A stretch of 64,000 nt of DNA from an uncultured Desulfosarcina sp. (GTDB lineage: Bacteria; Desulfobacterota; Desulfobacteria; Desulfobacterales; Desulfosarcinaceae): the NCBI GenBank assembly GCA_963674945.2, contig CAXXWQ010000003.1, positions 1,024,001 through 1,088,000 on the forward strand. The letters run 5' to 3'. Positions within the stretch are counted from its first letter, which is position 1, and each line of letters begins with the position of its first letter. The position numbers and the translations under genes were made by a program. The notes under the pieces are model-generated. The model did not search any database. It was not told the DNA's origin and worked only from the letters and a program-made list of their open reading frames with translations. This document shows positions 32,321-42,306 of the stretch, in pieces.

Positions 32321-33358
32321 TTACAATAAAAATCCCTCGGGAAAGGGATCGTTCCCATCGACCACGAACCGGTGATATCCGGTAATCTGGGCATTTCCCC
32401 GGATCTGCCCCACGATGCCGGTATACGGTCCGATGGCAACGGTTTTGATAATACGTCCCTCGAAGCGGGTACCCAGAGGGCCGGTATTGCCATAAACGTC
32501 GCCGACGCCCAGCATCCCTTTGTGGAAAAGCAGGGCCATCTTGGCCGTCGTGCCCGTACCGCACGGGGAGCGGTCCATGTGGGACTCGCCGTAGATAACC
32601 ACACCTTTGCCGCCGTCTTCTGAGCCATCCTCATCGTAAAACTCGGTGACATCCACCGTGTTGACTTCCGGCCGTTCGGGGTGATGGACCGAAAGGGTTT
32701 TGTTGGCGGCATCGATGATGGCCATTCCCAGGGAAATCAGCTTGCGGCTGTTGGCGGGAATCAGTTCCATGCCGATGGAACTGGCAGACACCATGGCGAA
32801 GAATCCACCCACGCAGACCAGGTCGACGGCAATGGTGCCGAAATCGGGAACGTGGATCTTTTGATCTGCATCCAGGACGAATGCGGGTACCATGTCGATG
32901 GCCACGGATTCGACACGGCCGGCGGAGATCCGGGTGTGGGCGTCCAATGGGCCGGATGGCGTGTCCACGGTGATTACCGCCTCGCCGGTTTCGGCCGACA
33001 GGATCCCGGTTTCGATGAGGGTGGCCACGGCACCGATGGTGGCATGACCGCACAGATACGGATAACGTCGGGCATCCATGTAGAACAGGCCAAACGCCCC
33101 GTGGTCACTGACCGGCGGAGTGAGAACGGCCGCCATGATGCCGCGGTGCCCCCTTGGTTCACGGGTCAGCAGTTTTCGAATGTGGTCGAATCGGGATTCA
33201 AAATGATCACGCTTGGCCTTCATGGTGTCACCCGGAAGGCTGTCGAATCCGCCGATCAGCAAACGGGTGGGCTCGCCCTGGGTATGTGAATCAATGGTGA
33301 CGATGTGGCTCTGGTAGCGTTCCCAAAACCCCTTTTCTATGCGTTGGTGAATCTCCAT
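32321..33358 (-). CDS. Proline racemase/hydroxyproline epimerase family enzyme (two-Cys)
   Basis: DSHTQGEPTR, EPRGH, LCGH, DRSPCGTGT. Confidence 0.92.
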   Translation of the reverse strand: MEIHQRIEKGFWERYQSHIVTIDSHTQGEPTRLLIGGFDSLPGDTMKAKRDHFESRFDHIRKLLTREPRGHRGIMAAVLTPPVSDHGAFGLFYMDARRYPYLCGHATIGAVATLIETGILSAETGEAVITVDTPSGPLDAHTRISAGRVESVAIDMVPAFVLDADQKIHVPDFGTIAVDLVCVGGFFAMVSASSIGMELIPANSRKLISLGMAIIDAANKTLSVHHPERPEVNTVDVTEFYDEDGSEDGGKGVVIYGESHMDRSPCGTGTTAKMALLFHKGMLGVGDVYGNTGPLGTRFEGRIIKTVAIGPYTGIVGQIRGNAQITGYHRFVVDGNDPFPEGFLL

Positions 33359-33504
33359 AAAAATCTTTTCTACGCTGGTGCCTGAATTCCTCAGTACCTA
33401 AATCCATATGTATGGTGACACATTGTGATCAAAAATGAAGCCACCACAGTGACGATCTATTTTGCTTTCTTTTCTCTGTGTCCTTGAGGTGAAAGAATAC
33501 GTCT

Positions 33505-34605
33505 TCACGACCTGGCAATGAGATGGCAATGGTGCGGGGCAACCTGTACGCAGACCGTTTCGCCGATTTTGTAGATGTGGGTCCGCATCATGCTGATCAC
33601 GTGGATTTCACGGTGCTCTCCCAGTTCGATGAAGTAGCTGACCTCTCCGCCCATATAGCTGCGATCCTTGATTTTCCCCATGAAATGGTTCGTCCCTTCT
33701 TCGGGTTGAAATTCCGATTGGGGAAAGGCATCGAAACGTTGGGCGCGGACGACCATTTCCACGTGGTCCCCTTTGGTGAACCCACCCTTGTTCTGCGCGA
33801 TCAGCGTGTCTCCGGTTTCGATTCGGACGCGGACATGGTCATCGTCCACGTCGACGACATTTCCTGCGATGAAGTTGGAGTGCCCGAGAAAGTCGGCCAC
33901 GAAATGATTGGCCGGCTCATTGTACACCCATTGGGGGGTGCCTTCCTGCTGTTTTCTCCCGTCCTTCATCACGAGAATCTTGTCGGACATGCTCAGCGCT
34001 TCCCGCTGGTCGTGGGTCACGAAGATGGTCGTCACGCCGAGCATCTGCTGGAGATTGTCCACCTCGCGACGCATCTCTTCCCTCAGGTTCTCATCCAGGG
34101 CCGAAAGCGGCTCGTCCATGAGCAGAACATCCGGTTCGATCACGATGGCGCGCGCCATGGCGATGCGTTGCTGCTGCCCGCCGGAAAGCTGGCTGGGCAT
34201 GCGTCGTTCCACACCGGGCAGGCGCACCATTTCCAGGGCACGAGAAACCTTCTCCCTGATTTCATCTTTCGAGACTTTGCGATACTTCAGGCCGAAGGCC
34301 ACGTTGTCGAAGATGGTCTTATGGGGAAACAGGGCATAATTTTGAAATATCATGCCGAGGTTTCGCTTGTGAATGGGCATATCGTTGACACGCTTTCCGT
34401 TGATCCGGATCTCCCCCTCGGTGGGTTCCTCCAGTCCGGCCACCATGCGCAGCAAGGTGGTCTTGCCGCAACCCGACGGCCCCAGCAGGGTGACCAGCGT
34501 GCCCTCTTCGATATCGAAGTCCATCTTCTCGACCGCAGTAACGCTGCCGAATCGTTTCATTATGCCCTTAAACTGTACCATTGGCTGCTTTGTGCCGTCG
34601 GCCAT
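33505..34605 (-). CDS. ABC importer ATP-binding protein (PotA-like)
   Basis: GPSGCGKTT, FQNYALFPH, LSGGQQQR, C-terminal TOBE-like domain. Confidence 0.93.
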   Translation of the reverse strand: MADGTKQPMVQFKGIMKRFGSVTAVEKMDFDIEEGTLVTLLGPSGCGKTTLLRMVAGLEEPTEGEIRINGKRVNDMPIHKRNLGMIFQNYALFPHKTIFDNVAFGLKYRKVSKDEIREKVSRALEMVRLPGVERRMPSQLSGGQQQRIAMARAIVIEPDVLLMDEPLSALDENLREEMRREVDNLQQMLGVTTIFVTHDQREALSMSDKILVMKDGRKQQEGTPQWVYNEPANHFVADFLGHSNFIAGNVVDVDDDHVRVRIETGDTLIAQNKGGFTKGDHVEMVVRAQRFDAFPQSEFQPEEGTNHFMGKIKDRSYMGGEVSYFIELGEHREIHVISMMRTHIYKIGETVCVQVAPHHCHLIARS

Positions 34606-34682
34606 ACTGCCTGTCTCCTTCTATATTGCCTCACGCACCACGTCGCCCGTGTCAACGATCACCCGACCCGTAAGGCAGGTGG

Positions 34683-34716
34683 TTTGGATATCCGGCCCAT
34701 CGGCCGGATATCCAAA
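34683..34716. other. Perfect 15-bp stem-loop after the solute-binding protein gene
   Basis: TTTGGATATCCGGCC-CATC-GGCCGGATATCCAAA; probable mRNA stabiliser or partial terminator. Confidence 0.7.
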
Positions 34717-34758
34717 AGCAAAACGCTTACGGATGTAATGCGGTAGTCAATCGTTCGC

Positions 34759-35922
34759 TCAGCTACCGGCTTTGATTCGATCCCACTTCTCGGTCCACTC
34801 CACCTGATGCGCATTCCAGTATGCCGGATCGGCGAACAGATAGCCGTCCAGTTTGCCGGTGGGATCGAATGCCGGCATCTTTTTGATCTTCTCGGTCAGT
34901 TTGACCTTTGTCGGATCCAGGCTGGGTGGATAGTTCTGTCCCTCGGCCACCGCAATGGCCGCGGCCGGTTCCAGCATGAAGTTGAGCAGCTTTTGGGCGA
35001 CGGTAAGATCGGTGCCCTTCAACACGAAGAGATATTCCATCCAGGAGTAGGTACCCTTGGGGGAGAGATAACCGATGGGATGGCCTTCCTGCTGCAACGC
35101 CGCCACGCGCCCGGACCATGCCACCGTGGCATAAATCTCCTCGTTTGCCAGAAGGCTCATCAGTTCGGCCCCGGAACTCCAGTACTTCTTGATCAGGCCG
35201 CGCTGCTCGCGAAGTGCGTCCCACACGGCTTTCAGGTCCTTCATATCGTTGGGGCTCTGTGCCGTGTGCAACGCCGCATACCACATGTTGGTTCGAAAAT
35301 CCCCTCCCCAACTGCCCAGTTTTCCCTTCAGCGTCTTGTCCCACAGCAGGTAAACCCCCAGCTTTTCCGCCCTCTCCTTGCTGATGTGCTTGGTGTTGTA
35401 GGCGATGCCGGTCTGTCCAAGATCATAGGGAACCGCGGACAAGGTCCCCTTGGTGATTTCGCGCAAGGGTTTGATCATGGAAGGCATGACGTTTTTCAAA
35501 TTGGGAATTTGGGATTCATCCAACACCGTCGAAAATCCCAGATCCACATACCGGGCATAGTCGAAAACGGCGCTCAAATGGGCGATATTGAATTCTCCAC
35601 CGGGCGGGAAAGAGGCCTTGACGCGGGTCAGGTAGGAGTTCATATCACCGAACTCTCCATCGATCACTTCGATGCCCGTCGATTTGGTAAAAGGCTGGAA
35701 GGCATACTTTCGGAAGGCTTCGGAGACCGAACCGCCCCACCCGTCGAATCGGATGGATTTGGCTGCCCATGCATCCCTGACGGCGCCAGCGAAGGGCGTG
35801 CCGACCACGCCGAGGCAAGCACCGGCCATTGTCAGGTATTTGAGGAAACAGCGCCGGCTGATTTTGCCTTCCTGATATGCTTCGCGTGCCCGTTTTAGTT
35901 TCTCCGTTGTTACGATTGCCAT
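34759..35922 (-). CDS. Tat-exported solute-binding protein (PotD/PotF-like)
   Basis: SRRCFLK twin-arginine signal, GWGG, GIAYN, AWSGR. Confidence 0.88.
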   Translation of the reverse strand: MAIVTTEKLKRAREAYQEGKISRRCFLKYLTMAGACLGVVGTPFAGAVRDAWAAKSIRFDGWGGSVSEAFRKYAFQPFTKSTGIEVIDGEFGDMNSYLTRVKASFPPGGEFNIAHLSAVFDYARYVDLGFSTVLDESQIPNLKNVMPSMIKPLREITKGTLSAVPYDLGQTGIAYNTKHISKERAEKLGVYLLWDKTLKGKLGSWGGDFRTNMWYAALHTAQSPNDMKDLKAVWDALREQRGLIKKYWSSGAELMSLLANEEIYATVAWSGRVAALQQEGHPIGYLSPKGTYSWMEYLFVLKGTDLTVAQKLLNFMLEPAAAIAVAEGQNYPPSLDPTKVKLTEKIKKMPAFDPTGKLDGYLFADPAYWNAHQVEWTEKWDRIKAGS

Positions 35923-35944
35923 GGGGTCTCCTTTCGGCTGCGGG

Positions 35945-36742
35945 TTAAGGTTTTTCTTTTGAAAATTTTCGGGTCAAATAACCGGCCAGAAGTGGTGTTG
36001 CGATGGTCAAAACGATCATCACCGCACCCAACGCATTGATTTCCGGGCTGATGCTGTTTCTCAACATGCTGAAGATTTTCACCGGAACGGTCTGATTCTG
36101 TGCGGTGGCCCAAAACAAGGTGGCCGTAATATCGTCGAAGGATATGGTAAAAGAGAACAGTGCGCCGGCTAAAATCGCCGGCAACAAAAGGGGTAGCGTC
36201 ACATCCCGAAATGTCTGGAACGCATTTGCGCCCAATGTCTTGGCCGCCTCCTCGTACTCTTTTTTGATTCCCACCAGTCGTGCCTGGACGATGAGAAGAA
36301 CGTAGGGAAGCGTCAACACGACATGCCCGATCAACAAAAGGGCAAAACTCTTCGGCTGCTGAAGCCATCGCAAAAAAAGCAGCAGGGCGACACCGAGCAC
36401 CACCTCCGGGATCATGATGGGCGCCAGCAGCAGGGTGTTGAGGGTGTTCTTGCCCGGAAATTCGAAACGAATAAATGCCAACGCGGCAAGGATGCCGATG
36501 GTCGTTGCAATCAAGGCGGTCAAGGCACCGAGAAGCAGTGAATTTTGAAACGCATCGATGATGGACTCATTTTGGGCGAGTCTGATGAACCAGCGGAAAC
36601 TGAACCCTTCCATGGGAAAAATGCCGAACTGCTTTGGATTGAACGCCAGGACAATGACCACCACGATGGGAACAAACATGAACACGTATACGAGGATCGT
36701 ATAGAGTCGAATCAGTGACCAGCCCGGCGAGAAGTGCTTCAT
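35945..36742 (-). CDS. ABC permease (PotC-like)
   Basis: EEAAKTLGA loop, ISFDD, PEINALG. Confidence 0.92.
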   Translation of the reverse strand: MKHFSPGWSLIRLYTILVYVFMFVPIVVVIVLAFNPKQFGIFPMEGFSFRWFIRLAQNESIIDAFQNSLLLGALTALIATTIGILAALAFIRFEFPGKNTLNTLLLAPIMIPEVVLGVALLLFLRWLQQPKSFALLLIGHVVLTLPYVLLIVQARLVGIKKEYEEAAKTLGANAFQTFRDVTLPLLLPAILAGALFSFTISFDDITATLFWATAQNQTVPVKIFSMLRNSISPEINALGAVMIVLTIATPLLAGYLTRKFSKEKP

Positions 36743-36745
36743 CGG

Positions 36746-37612
36746 TTAGTTTCCTTGAAAACTCTTGAAGATCTGGTTGATCCCCAGGTATCGGTTGTAG
36801 GTCCACACGATAACAAACAGCAGGGAGAGCAGAATCACACTGATGGCGGAACCAAAGGGCCAGTCCAGGGTGCCGATGACCCGTTTGAAGATGAGGTTGG
36901 CGATCATGTCGTTTCCCGGTCCCCCCAAAATCATGGGCGGCAGATAGGTGCCCGCGGTCAGAACGAAAACCAGCAGGCAACCGGCGCTGACACCGGGAAG
37001 GCTCAATGGCAATGTGACCTCACGAAAGGCCTGCCATTCGGTGCACCCCATGCAACGCGCCGCCTCGAGCAGACTCTTGTCGATCCCCTCCAGGCTCACA
37101 TAGATGTTCAGGATCATGAAGGGCAACAGGTACATGAGCAGTCCCATGAGTACGGTGAACTCGTTGTACAGCATGGAGATGGGCGTTTCGATCAGGCCGA
37201 TGTTGATCAAAACATGGTTGATCAGTCCCGAATCCCCCATGATATTGATCCAACTCATCGTTCGGATAATGAAGCTGACCCAGAAGGGGAGCATGATCAG
37301 GAGAAGAAAAACCTGCTTGTACCGGCTCTGGCTGCGGTAGAAGAAATAGGCGGGAATATAACCCATGACCACACAAAGAATGACGGTTTCAAATGCGACA
37401 CGGATCGTTCGGATGAGAATTTTCGGGTAGAAGAAGTCTTCGAAAAACTTGGCGTAATTGCCCAGCTGAAAAGCGGGGATATCCGCTCCGCTGGGTGCAC
37501 GCAGCCAGAAGCTGTAAACGATGACGAAGCAGACGGGAATCACCAGCAGTAGAAAAACGGCGCTTAAGGAGGGGGCCAGCAATGCCCAGGGTTTCCATCT
37601 GTCAGATTTCAT
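36746..37612 (-). CDS. ABC permease (PotB-like)
   Basis: PFWVSFIIR, LLEAARCMGC, DWPFGSA. Confidence 0.92.
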   Translation of the reverse strand: MKSDRWKPWALLAPSLSAVFLLLVIPVCFVIVYSFWLRAPSGADIPAFQLGNYAKFFEDFFYPKILIRTIRVAFETVILCVVMGYIPAYFFYRSQSRYKQVFLLLIMLPFWVSFIIRTMSWINIMGDSGLINHVLINIGLIETPISMLYNEFTVLMGLLMYLLPFMILNIYVSLEGIDKSLLEAARCMGCTEWQAFREVTLPLSLPGVSAGCLLVFVLTAGTYLPPMILGGPGNDMIANLIFKRVIGTLDWPFGSAISVILLSLLFVIVWTYNRYLGINQIFKSFQGN

Positions 37613-37834
37613 GCTTCCCAATCCCGGATAACGAAGTGTGATTCTCTCATAGAAAGTACCCTCGAGGTGCGTATGGTTGACATGGAGAGGATAAGATCTT
37701 TGCGCGTGAAACAGATATCGGAAAAATCAACCATGTCTGAGCGGGTACCGGTAATGGAACCCTACCTGCCCATCTTAAAGTTGTCAAGCTGCCCGCATCC
37801 TCCTTTTTGTTGGGCAGCGTCTTCATTTCTGTTG

Positions 37835-38620
37835 TCATCTGCCATCTTCCGCCGGCAGTAATTTGGAAAGTATACGGGCCGTTTGAACGACCTTGGTCGC
37901 ATAGGCGGCGATGATATGGTCGCCGGAATGCTGCAAAACCGAAAAATCGAAGGATACGGCGCCGACCCCGCTGCCGACGACGGGATCCACCAGTGGCGCT
38001 CCGATGGCCAGCAGGCCGGGAAGATACTCTTCTTCGGAAACGGCATATCCAAGGGATTTCGCCGCCATCAAATCTTCCAGCAATGCCTTTTTGTCCACGA
38101 TGGTTTTGTCTGTCCTGGCCGTTAACGTCAAACGATCGACGACTTCGGCCATCTGTCCGGCCTCGAGGCTGGACAAGTACGCCTTTCCCAGAGCCGTATT
38201 GTGAAGGCAGTGCCTGGAAGCGTCGGGCAGGCGGTAAGTAAGGGTCTCTTGTGCTTCCCGGTGGTAGAGACGCCGGATCGTACCGTCCACGATCAATGCC
38301 ACATCGATGCTGATATTGTTCTCATCGTGAAGCCTGTCCACCGTCGTTTTGATCAGCCGCAGACGATCGGTGGCCTGAATCAGATTGGTACAAAAAAGCA
38401 TGCATAAAAGTGTCGGTCTGATTTTTTTGGTCTTCGGCTCCTTTTCCAGATACCCCAATGCCACTAGTGTATTGATGTAGCGATAGGTCGAGGTCATGTT
38501 CAGCCCCAGTGTTTTGGCAATTTCGCTTTGGGTCAGCACCGGTGTCTCGGCATTGAACAAGGACAGAATTTTCAGCCCTTTTTCCAGAGACTTGGAAAAG
38601 TAGTATTTTCCTTTTGACAT
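37835..38620 (-). CDS. IclR family regulator
   Basis: SLEKGLKIL HTH, TALGKAYL, GYAVSEEEY-x2-GLLAIGAP. Confidence 0.92.
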   Translation of the reverse strand: MSKGKYYFSKSLEKGLKILSLFNAETPVLTQSEIAKTLGLNMTSTYRYINTLVALGYLEKEPKTKKIRPTLLCMLFCTNLIQATDRLRLIKTTVDRLHDENNISIDVALIVDGTIRRLYHREAQETLTYRLPDASRHCLHNTALGKAYLSSLEAGQMAEVVDRLTLTARTDKTIVDKKALLEDLMAAKSLGYAVSEEEYLPGLLAIGAPLVDPVVGSGVGAVSFDFSVLQHSGDHIIAAYATKVVQTARILSKLLPAEDGR

Positions 38621-38640
38621 TGCCTTCGGGGATGTTTTAG

Positions 38641-38682
38641 ATTTCACTATTATGGAAAATAAATTACTATAATAGTTAAAAT
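38641..38682. promoter_or_regulatory. Candidate IclR operator and divergent promoter region
   Basis: Imperfect palindromes TTTCACTATTATGGAAA and ACTATAATAGT between iclR and the KamA-like gene. Confidence 0.45.
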
Positions 38683-38736
38683 GCCATATTGTCAATCTTT
38701 TGTCAAAGGATGATTTTGGCTTGCCGGGAGAGGGTC

Positions 38737-41199
38737 ATGGAACAACAAGAAACCGTTTTAACTGTCGAATACGGCAACTCGGAACAGGTGAACCGGGTGG
38801 CGCTTTCCGAACTGATGGCGGCGCTGACCGACTTCCTCGATCATTTCGTCACCAGGACATTCGTCGGACCGGCGTTTTTCGAAATCATCGAAGCCGGTAT
38901 CGGTCCCTCCAGAATCCAGCGGTTGCTCACCGCCTGTGGATACCCCAAAGATCCAAAGGGGTTTTTCGACAACTTGCTATCACAACTCGGACAGGCCAAT
39001 GGAACGAAAACGATCGTTATCAACGACGTCGTTCTGCCCCATATGCTGCTGGTGGCCATGATGGAGGTAATTCTACCCGGTAACCGCTTCGTCTCCATCA
39101 AGACCGTCGAACAGCTGGAGAAGGAAACCAACACGAAGATACCCGAAGCGGATCGCAACGACATGCAGCAGGTGCTCGACACGTACCCGGTTCGGCTGAG
39201 CATGCACACCATCCGGCAGATGCGGGTATCGGCAAATGTGGCATACCAATACATGCCTTTCGTACAGGAGTTGGATCCCGCCGGACACACCAATACCTGG
39301 ATCGGCCAATTCCATCAGGGGCTTTTGGAACAGATGTACCAGAACCGGGTCATCTTCCTGCTCAACATGAGCTGCCCGGTCTATTGCCGGTTCTGTTTCC
39401 GCAAGCACAAAGAGTCCCGCAACGAGGCAAACCCCACACCTGGCGACGTAAATCAAGCCGTCGCGCACGTGAAAAATTCGCCGACCATCAAAGAGATCGT
39501 AATCACCGGCGGCGACCCCTTCATAAACCACAAAAACATGGCTACCGCCATCGATGGCCTGATGGAAATCGAACACGTACAGTCCCTGCGGCTGGCGACG
39601 CGGTCCATCTCCTATTATCCGCACATGTTTTTGTCCGACGACGGTGCACTGCTGCGGTATCTCAAACGAAAGAGCCTGGAGCTTCAGGAACGGGGCAAAC
39701 GGATGGAAGTGGCCACCCATTTCATTCATCCCGATGAAATCTCCCCCCAGAGCCTGATGATCATTTCCGACCTGGTGAAAAACGGAATCGCCGTGTATGT
39801 CCAGACCCCGTTCTTGAAAGACTGCAACGACAAGGGACCGGAGTTGGTCCGGCTGTTTGGAATGCTTCGTGGCGCGGGTGCGGAGCTTCATTACATCTAT
39901 ATTCCGTGCAGCCCCATCCATGGAAACACCATCTACTGGGCGCCAATCGCAAATGGCCTTGCCGCAGGCAATTACCTGCGTGCCCATCTGTCCGACCGTG
40001 TGATCCCGCGGATCTGCACGGCGACGCCCATTGGCAAGATGGACTGGCACACCAGCGGGTGGGCCGTGGAACCGGTTGCCGGCAACGAAAACTTCATGTG
40101 GATCAGAAGTCCTTACACACCGGACTACTTCAAACGGTTCGCCCCCATTGCCAACGAGTTGGAAAACATCCGCGTAAACGCAGAGGGGACCATCGATATT
40201 CAGTATATGGCCCGAATCGGAGACGAGTCTTTGTTTCTCGGTCCTCGTCCCGTCGAAGCAAAAGGCGGCCGGATCCGAAAACAGGAAAACAAGGATGAAG
40301 TGACGCCCCTTTTGCAAACATGTTCCGGCATCGCAACATCCATCGTCCCGACCGGATCCGAATCCATCGCAAGGGTCCACGAAACAAGGGTCGAAATCGA
40401 TGCCGCGGCAACAGATGAGGATATCGCCTATATCCGTCGAGACGCTCATATTACCGATGTGGTGATTGTTTCCCGAACAGATGCCATCGACGTGCTGAAT
40501 GGCGTCAAACGGATCGTCCGGGAGTTGGAGCAGATCCCCCATGTGAACGCGGTACGGCTTCGCAGCCCCCATTTCAATTCTTTTCCGGGACGATACACGC
40601 CGGCCGTCGTCGATGCCCTCGGTGCGATGAACCGGCTGACCATGGTCAACCCGCTTCGCCTGGAGATCGAGGCCCAGTTTCTGGTGGCCGATGAAGTCGG
40701 CCCCGTCCATGGGCGGCTGACCCGGCAGTTGAATAACAGGGGAATTACGGTCTATTGCAACACACCGTTGTTGGGTGGAATCAACGACACGCCTTCGGCC
40801 ATCCATGAACTGGCCTATGCCTGCCGCCAGGCCGGAATCGAATTTCACCACCTCTATGTCGCCGGACTGGCCGTCCAGGAGCAGTGGAACGGCAAACACC
40901 CGGTGCACCTTTCCGACGTCATCGACATCGCCACACGGGTGCGCCGCGAGGGCAGCGGACGGGAGATACCCCGTTACATTGTCCGCACCATCCTCGGCGA
41001 GGTGGATTTCGGACTTTCATCGACCATTGAAGGGCGGGGGCCCGACCTTTCCGTCAAACTGATGCCCTACGATCTGGCATATTTCGACCGTATGGCAAAG
41101 GGTTTTGCCTGGCCATCCGGAGTACAAACCGATTCTGACGGAAAACCCATCGTTGCCGTTACCGGCCTGCGAAAAAACACCGATTTCGCACTATGTTAG
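38737..41199 (+). CDS. Double-length KamA-family (2,3-aminomutase-like) radical SAM protein
   Basis: CPVYCRFCFRK, TGGDP, LRLATR, THFIHPDE, QTPFLKDCND, PIGK; a second degenerate KamA-like repeat in the C-terminal half. Confidence 0.88.
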   Translation: MEQQETVLTVEYGNSEQVNRVALSELMAALTDFLDHFVTRTFVGPAFFEIIEAGIGPSRIQRLLTACGYPKDPKGFFDNLLSQLGQANGTKTIVINDVVLPHMLLVAMMEVILPGNRFVSIKTVEQLEKETNTKIPEADRNDMQQVLDTYPVRLSMHTIRQMRVSANVAYQYMPFVQELDPAGHTNTWIGQFHQGLLEQMYQNRVIFLLNMSCPVYCRFCFRKHKESRNEANPTPGDVNQAVAHVKNSPTIKEIVITGGDPFINHKNMATAIDGLMEIEHVQSLRLATRSISYYPHMFLSDDGALLRYLKRKSLELQERGKRMEVATHFIHPDEISPQSLMIISDLVKNGIAVYVQTPFLKDCNDKGPELVRLFGMLRGAGAELHYIYIPCSPIHGNTIYWAPIANGLAAGNYLRAHLSDRVIPRICTATPIGKMDWHTSGWAVEPVAGNENFMWIRSPYTPDYFKRFAPIANELENIRVNAEGTIDIQYMARIGDESLFLGPRPVEAKGGRIRKQENKDEVTPLLQTCSGIATSIVPTGSESIARVHETRVEIDAAATDEDIAYIRRDAHITDVVIVSRTDAIDVLNGVKRIVRELEQIPHVNAVRLRSPHFNSFPGRYTPAVVDALGAMNRLTMVNPLRLEIEAQFLVADEVGPVHGRLTRQLNNRGITVYCNTPLLGGINDTPSAIHELAYACRQAGIEFHHLYVAGLAVQEQWNGKHPVHLSDVIDIATRVRREGSGREIPRYIVRTILGEVDFGLSSTIEGRGPDLSVKLMPYDLAYFDRMAKGFAWPSGVQTDSDGKPIVAVTGLRKNTDFALC

Positions 41200-41339
41200 T
41201 GTCCGTCCAGAAATAGGAAAATTTGGTCGAGATCGAGGCGCACGAAAAATTTTACCGCAGACATTTGTTGATATTTCGAGGAAAAAATTTTTCGCGCAAC
41301 AAAGATATCGGGCAAATTGGACATTTCTGTATGGTCACT
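41198..41339. mobile_element. MITE-like element with imperfect terminal inverted repeats
   Basis: AGTGTCCGTCCAGAAAT ... ATTTCTGTATGGTCACT; overlaps the stop of the upstream gene. Confidence 0.6.
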
Positions 41340-41353
41340 TGTTAGGAGGCGTG

Positions 41354-42019
41354 ATGTACTACCCATTCTGTCTGTTTGGCCATAAAATCGATCATCGCCC
41401 CGTGTTTACCGGTCTTACGGGCGATCCGTTCGTCGCGGATCTCTCGCCGGACAGCCTGTTTCTTACGGGAATGGACGTACGGGACCAGAGGGCTTTTCAG
41501 CACCGTCTGGAAAACGAAATGGGGACGAAGTACCAGTGGGGATTCGCACCCTATCTGGAGCGGCGCGATGCCCTGCTGAAAGATTGCCCCCAGATGGTGG
41601 CCGAAAGACGATTCATTCACCTGGGACTGGATGTCATCGTGGCCTTGGGAACGCCTCTTCATGCACCACTGGATGCAATCGTGGCCGAAAGCGGATATGA
41701 GCGTGGAGAGGGGAACTACGGTGGATACGTCCTATTGCGTCATACAAGTGCCGGTTTCAAGACCTTTTTCAGTTTTTATGGCCACCTTCGCAAGGATCAC
41801 CTGCCGACAGAGGGTACCGTCTTTCCGGCGGGGACACAATTTGCCGAAATCGGCGATTTCCACGAAAACGGCAACTGGTTTCATCATACCCACATTCAGG
41901 TGATCACTGAAAGGGGCATTGATGAAGGATACCTGTCAAAAGGGTACTGCTCACGAGCGGACCTTTGGAAGATCAACGATCTGTGCCCGTCCCCCCTTCC
42001 CCTTTTCAAGCGGGGATAA
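41354..42019 (+). CDS. Stand-alone M23 peptidase-domain protein
   Basis: HLGLD, GNYGGYVLLRH, FYGHL, ENGNW-x-HHTHIQ; SD AGGAGG; no signal peptide. Confidence 0.8.
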   Translation: MYYPFCLFGHKIDHRPVFTGLTGDPFVADLSPDSLFLTGMDVRDQRAFQHRLENEMGTKYQWGFAPYLERRDALLKDCPQMVAERRFIHLGLDVIVALGTPLHAPLDAIVAESGYERGEGNYGGYVLLRHTSAGFKTFFSFYGHLRKDHLPTEGTVFPAGTQFAEIGDFHENGNWFHHTHIQVITERGIDEGYLSKGYCSRADLWKINDLCPSPLPLFKRG

Positions 42020-42087
42020 CAGGTAATCTCTTGCGCCGTGCCCTGTCCGGCGTTCCATCGATGCCGGCAAGGCACGACCACCGCGCC

Positions 42088-42306
42088 TTACTCGCCGGGG
42101 ACATACGGTACATCCGTTCCCCACCACCCCTCATCGATGGATTGCTTCATGGTCTCCTCCGAAGGATTCCTGTAGCCCCACCAGCTGTATTTCATGTGGT
42201 CCCAGTTTTTGTACATCTTATCGTGTTTCGCAAACTCGGACACCGTTCCGGAACTGCAGCTTGCTACCAAAAGCGCCACGCCCAGAAGAAAAAACAGTTT
42301 TTTCAT
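42088..42306 (-). CDS. Small lipoprotein
   Basis: MKK, hydrophobic core, VASC lipobox; SD AAGGAG. Confidence 0.8.
   Translation of the reverse strand: MKKLFFLLGVALLVASCSSGTVSEFAKHDKMYKNWDHMKYSWWGYRNPSEETMKQSIDEGWWGTDVPYVPGE

Noticed and set aside
39073..40908. 611-aa antisense ORF and other long shadow ORFs (e.g. 33523-34746, 30444-31691, 34807-35898)
   Set aside because: They lie opposite clearly recognisable genes, have no motifs, and are expected in GC-rich coding DNA
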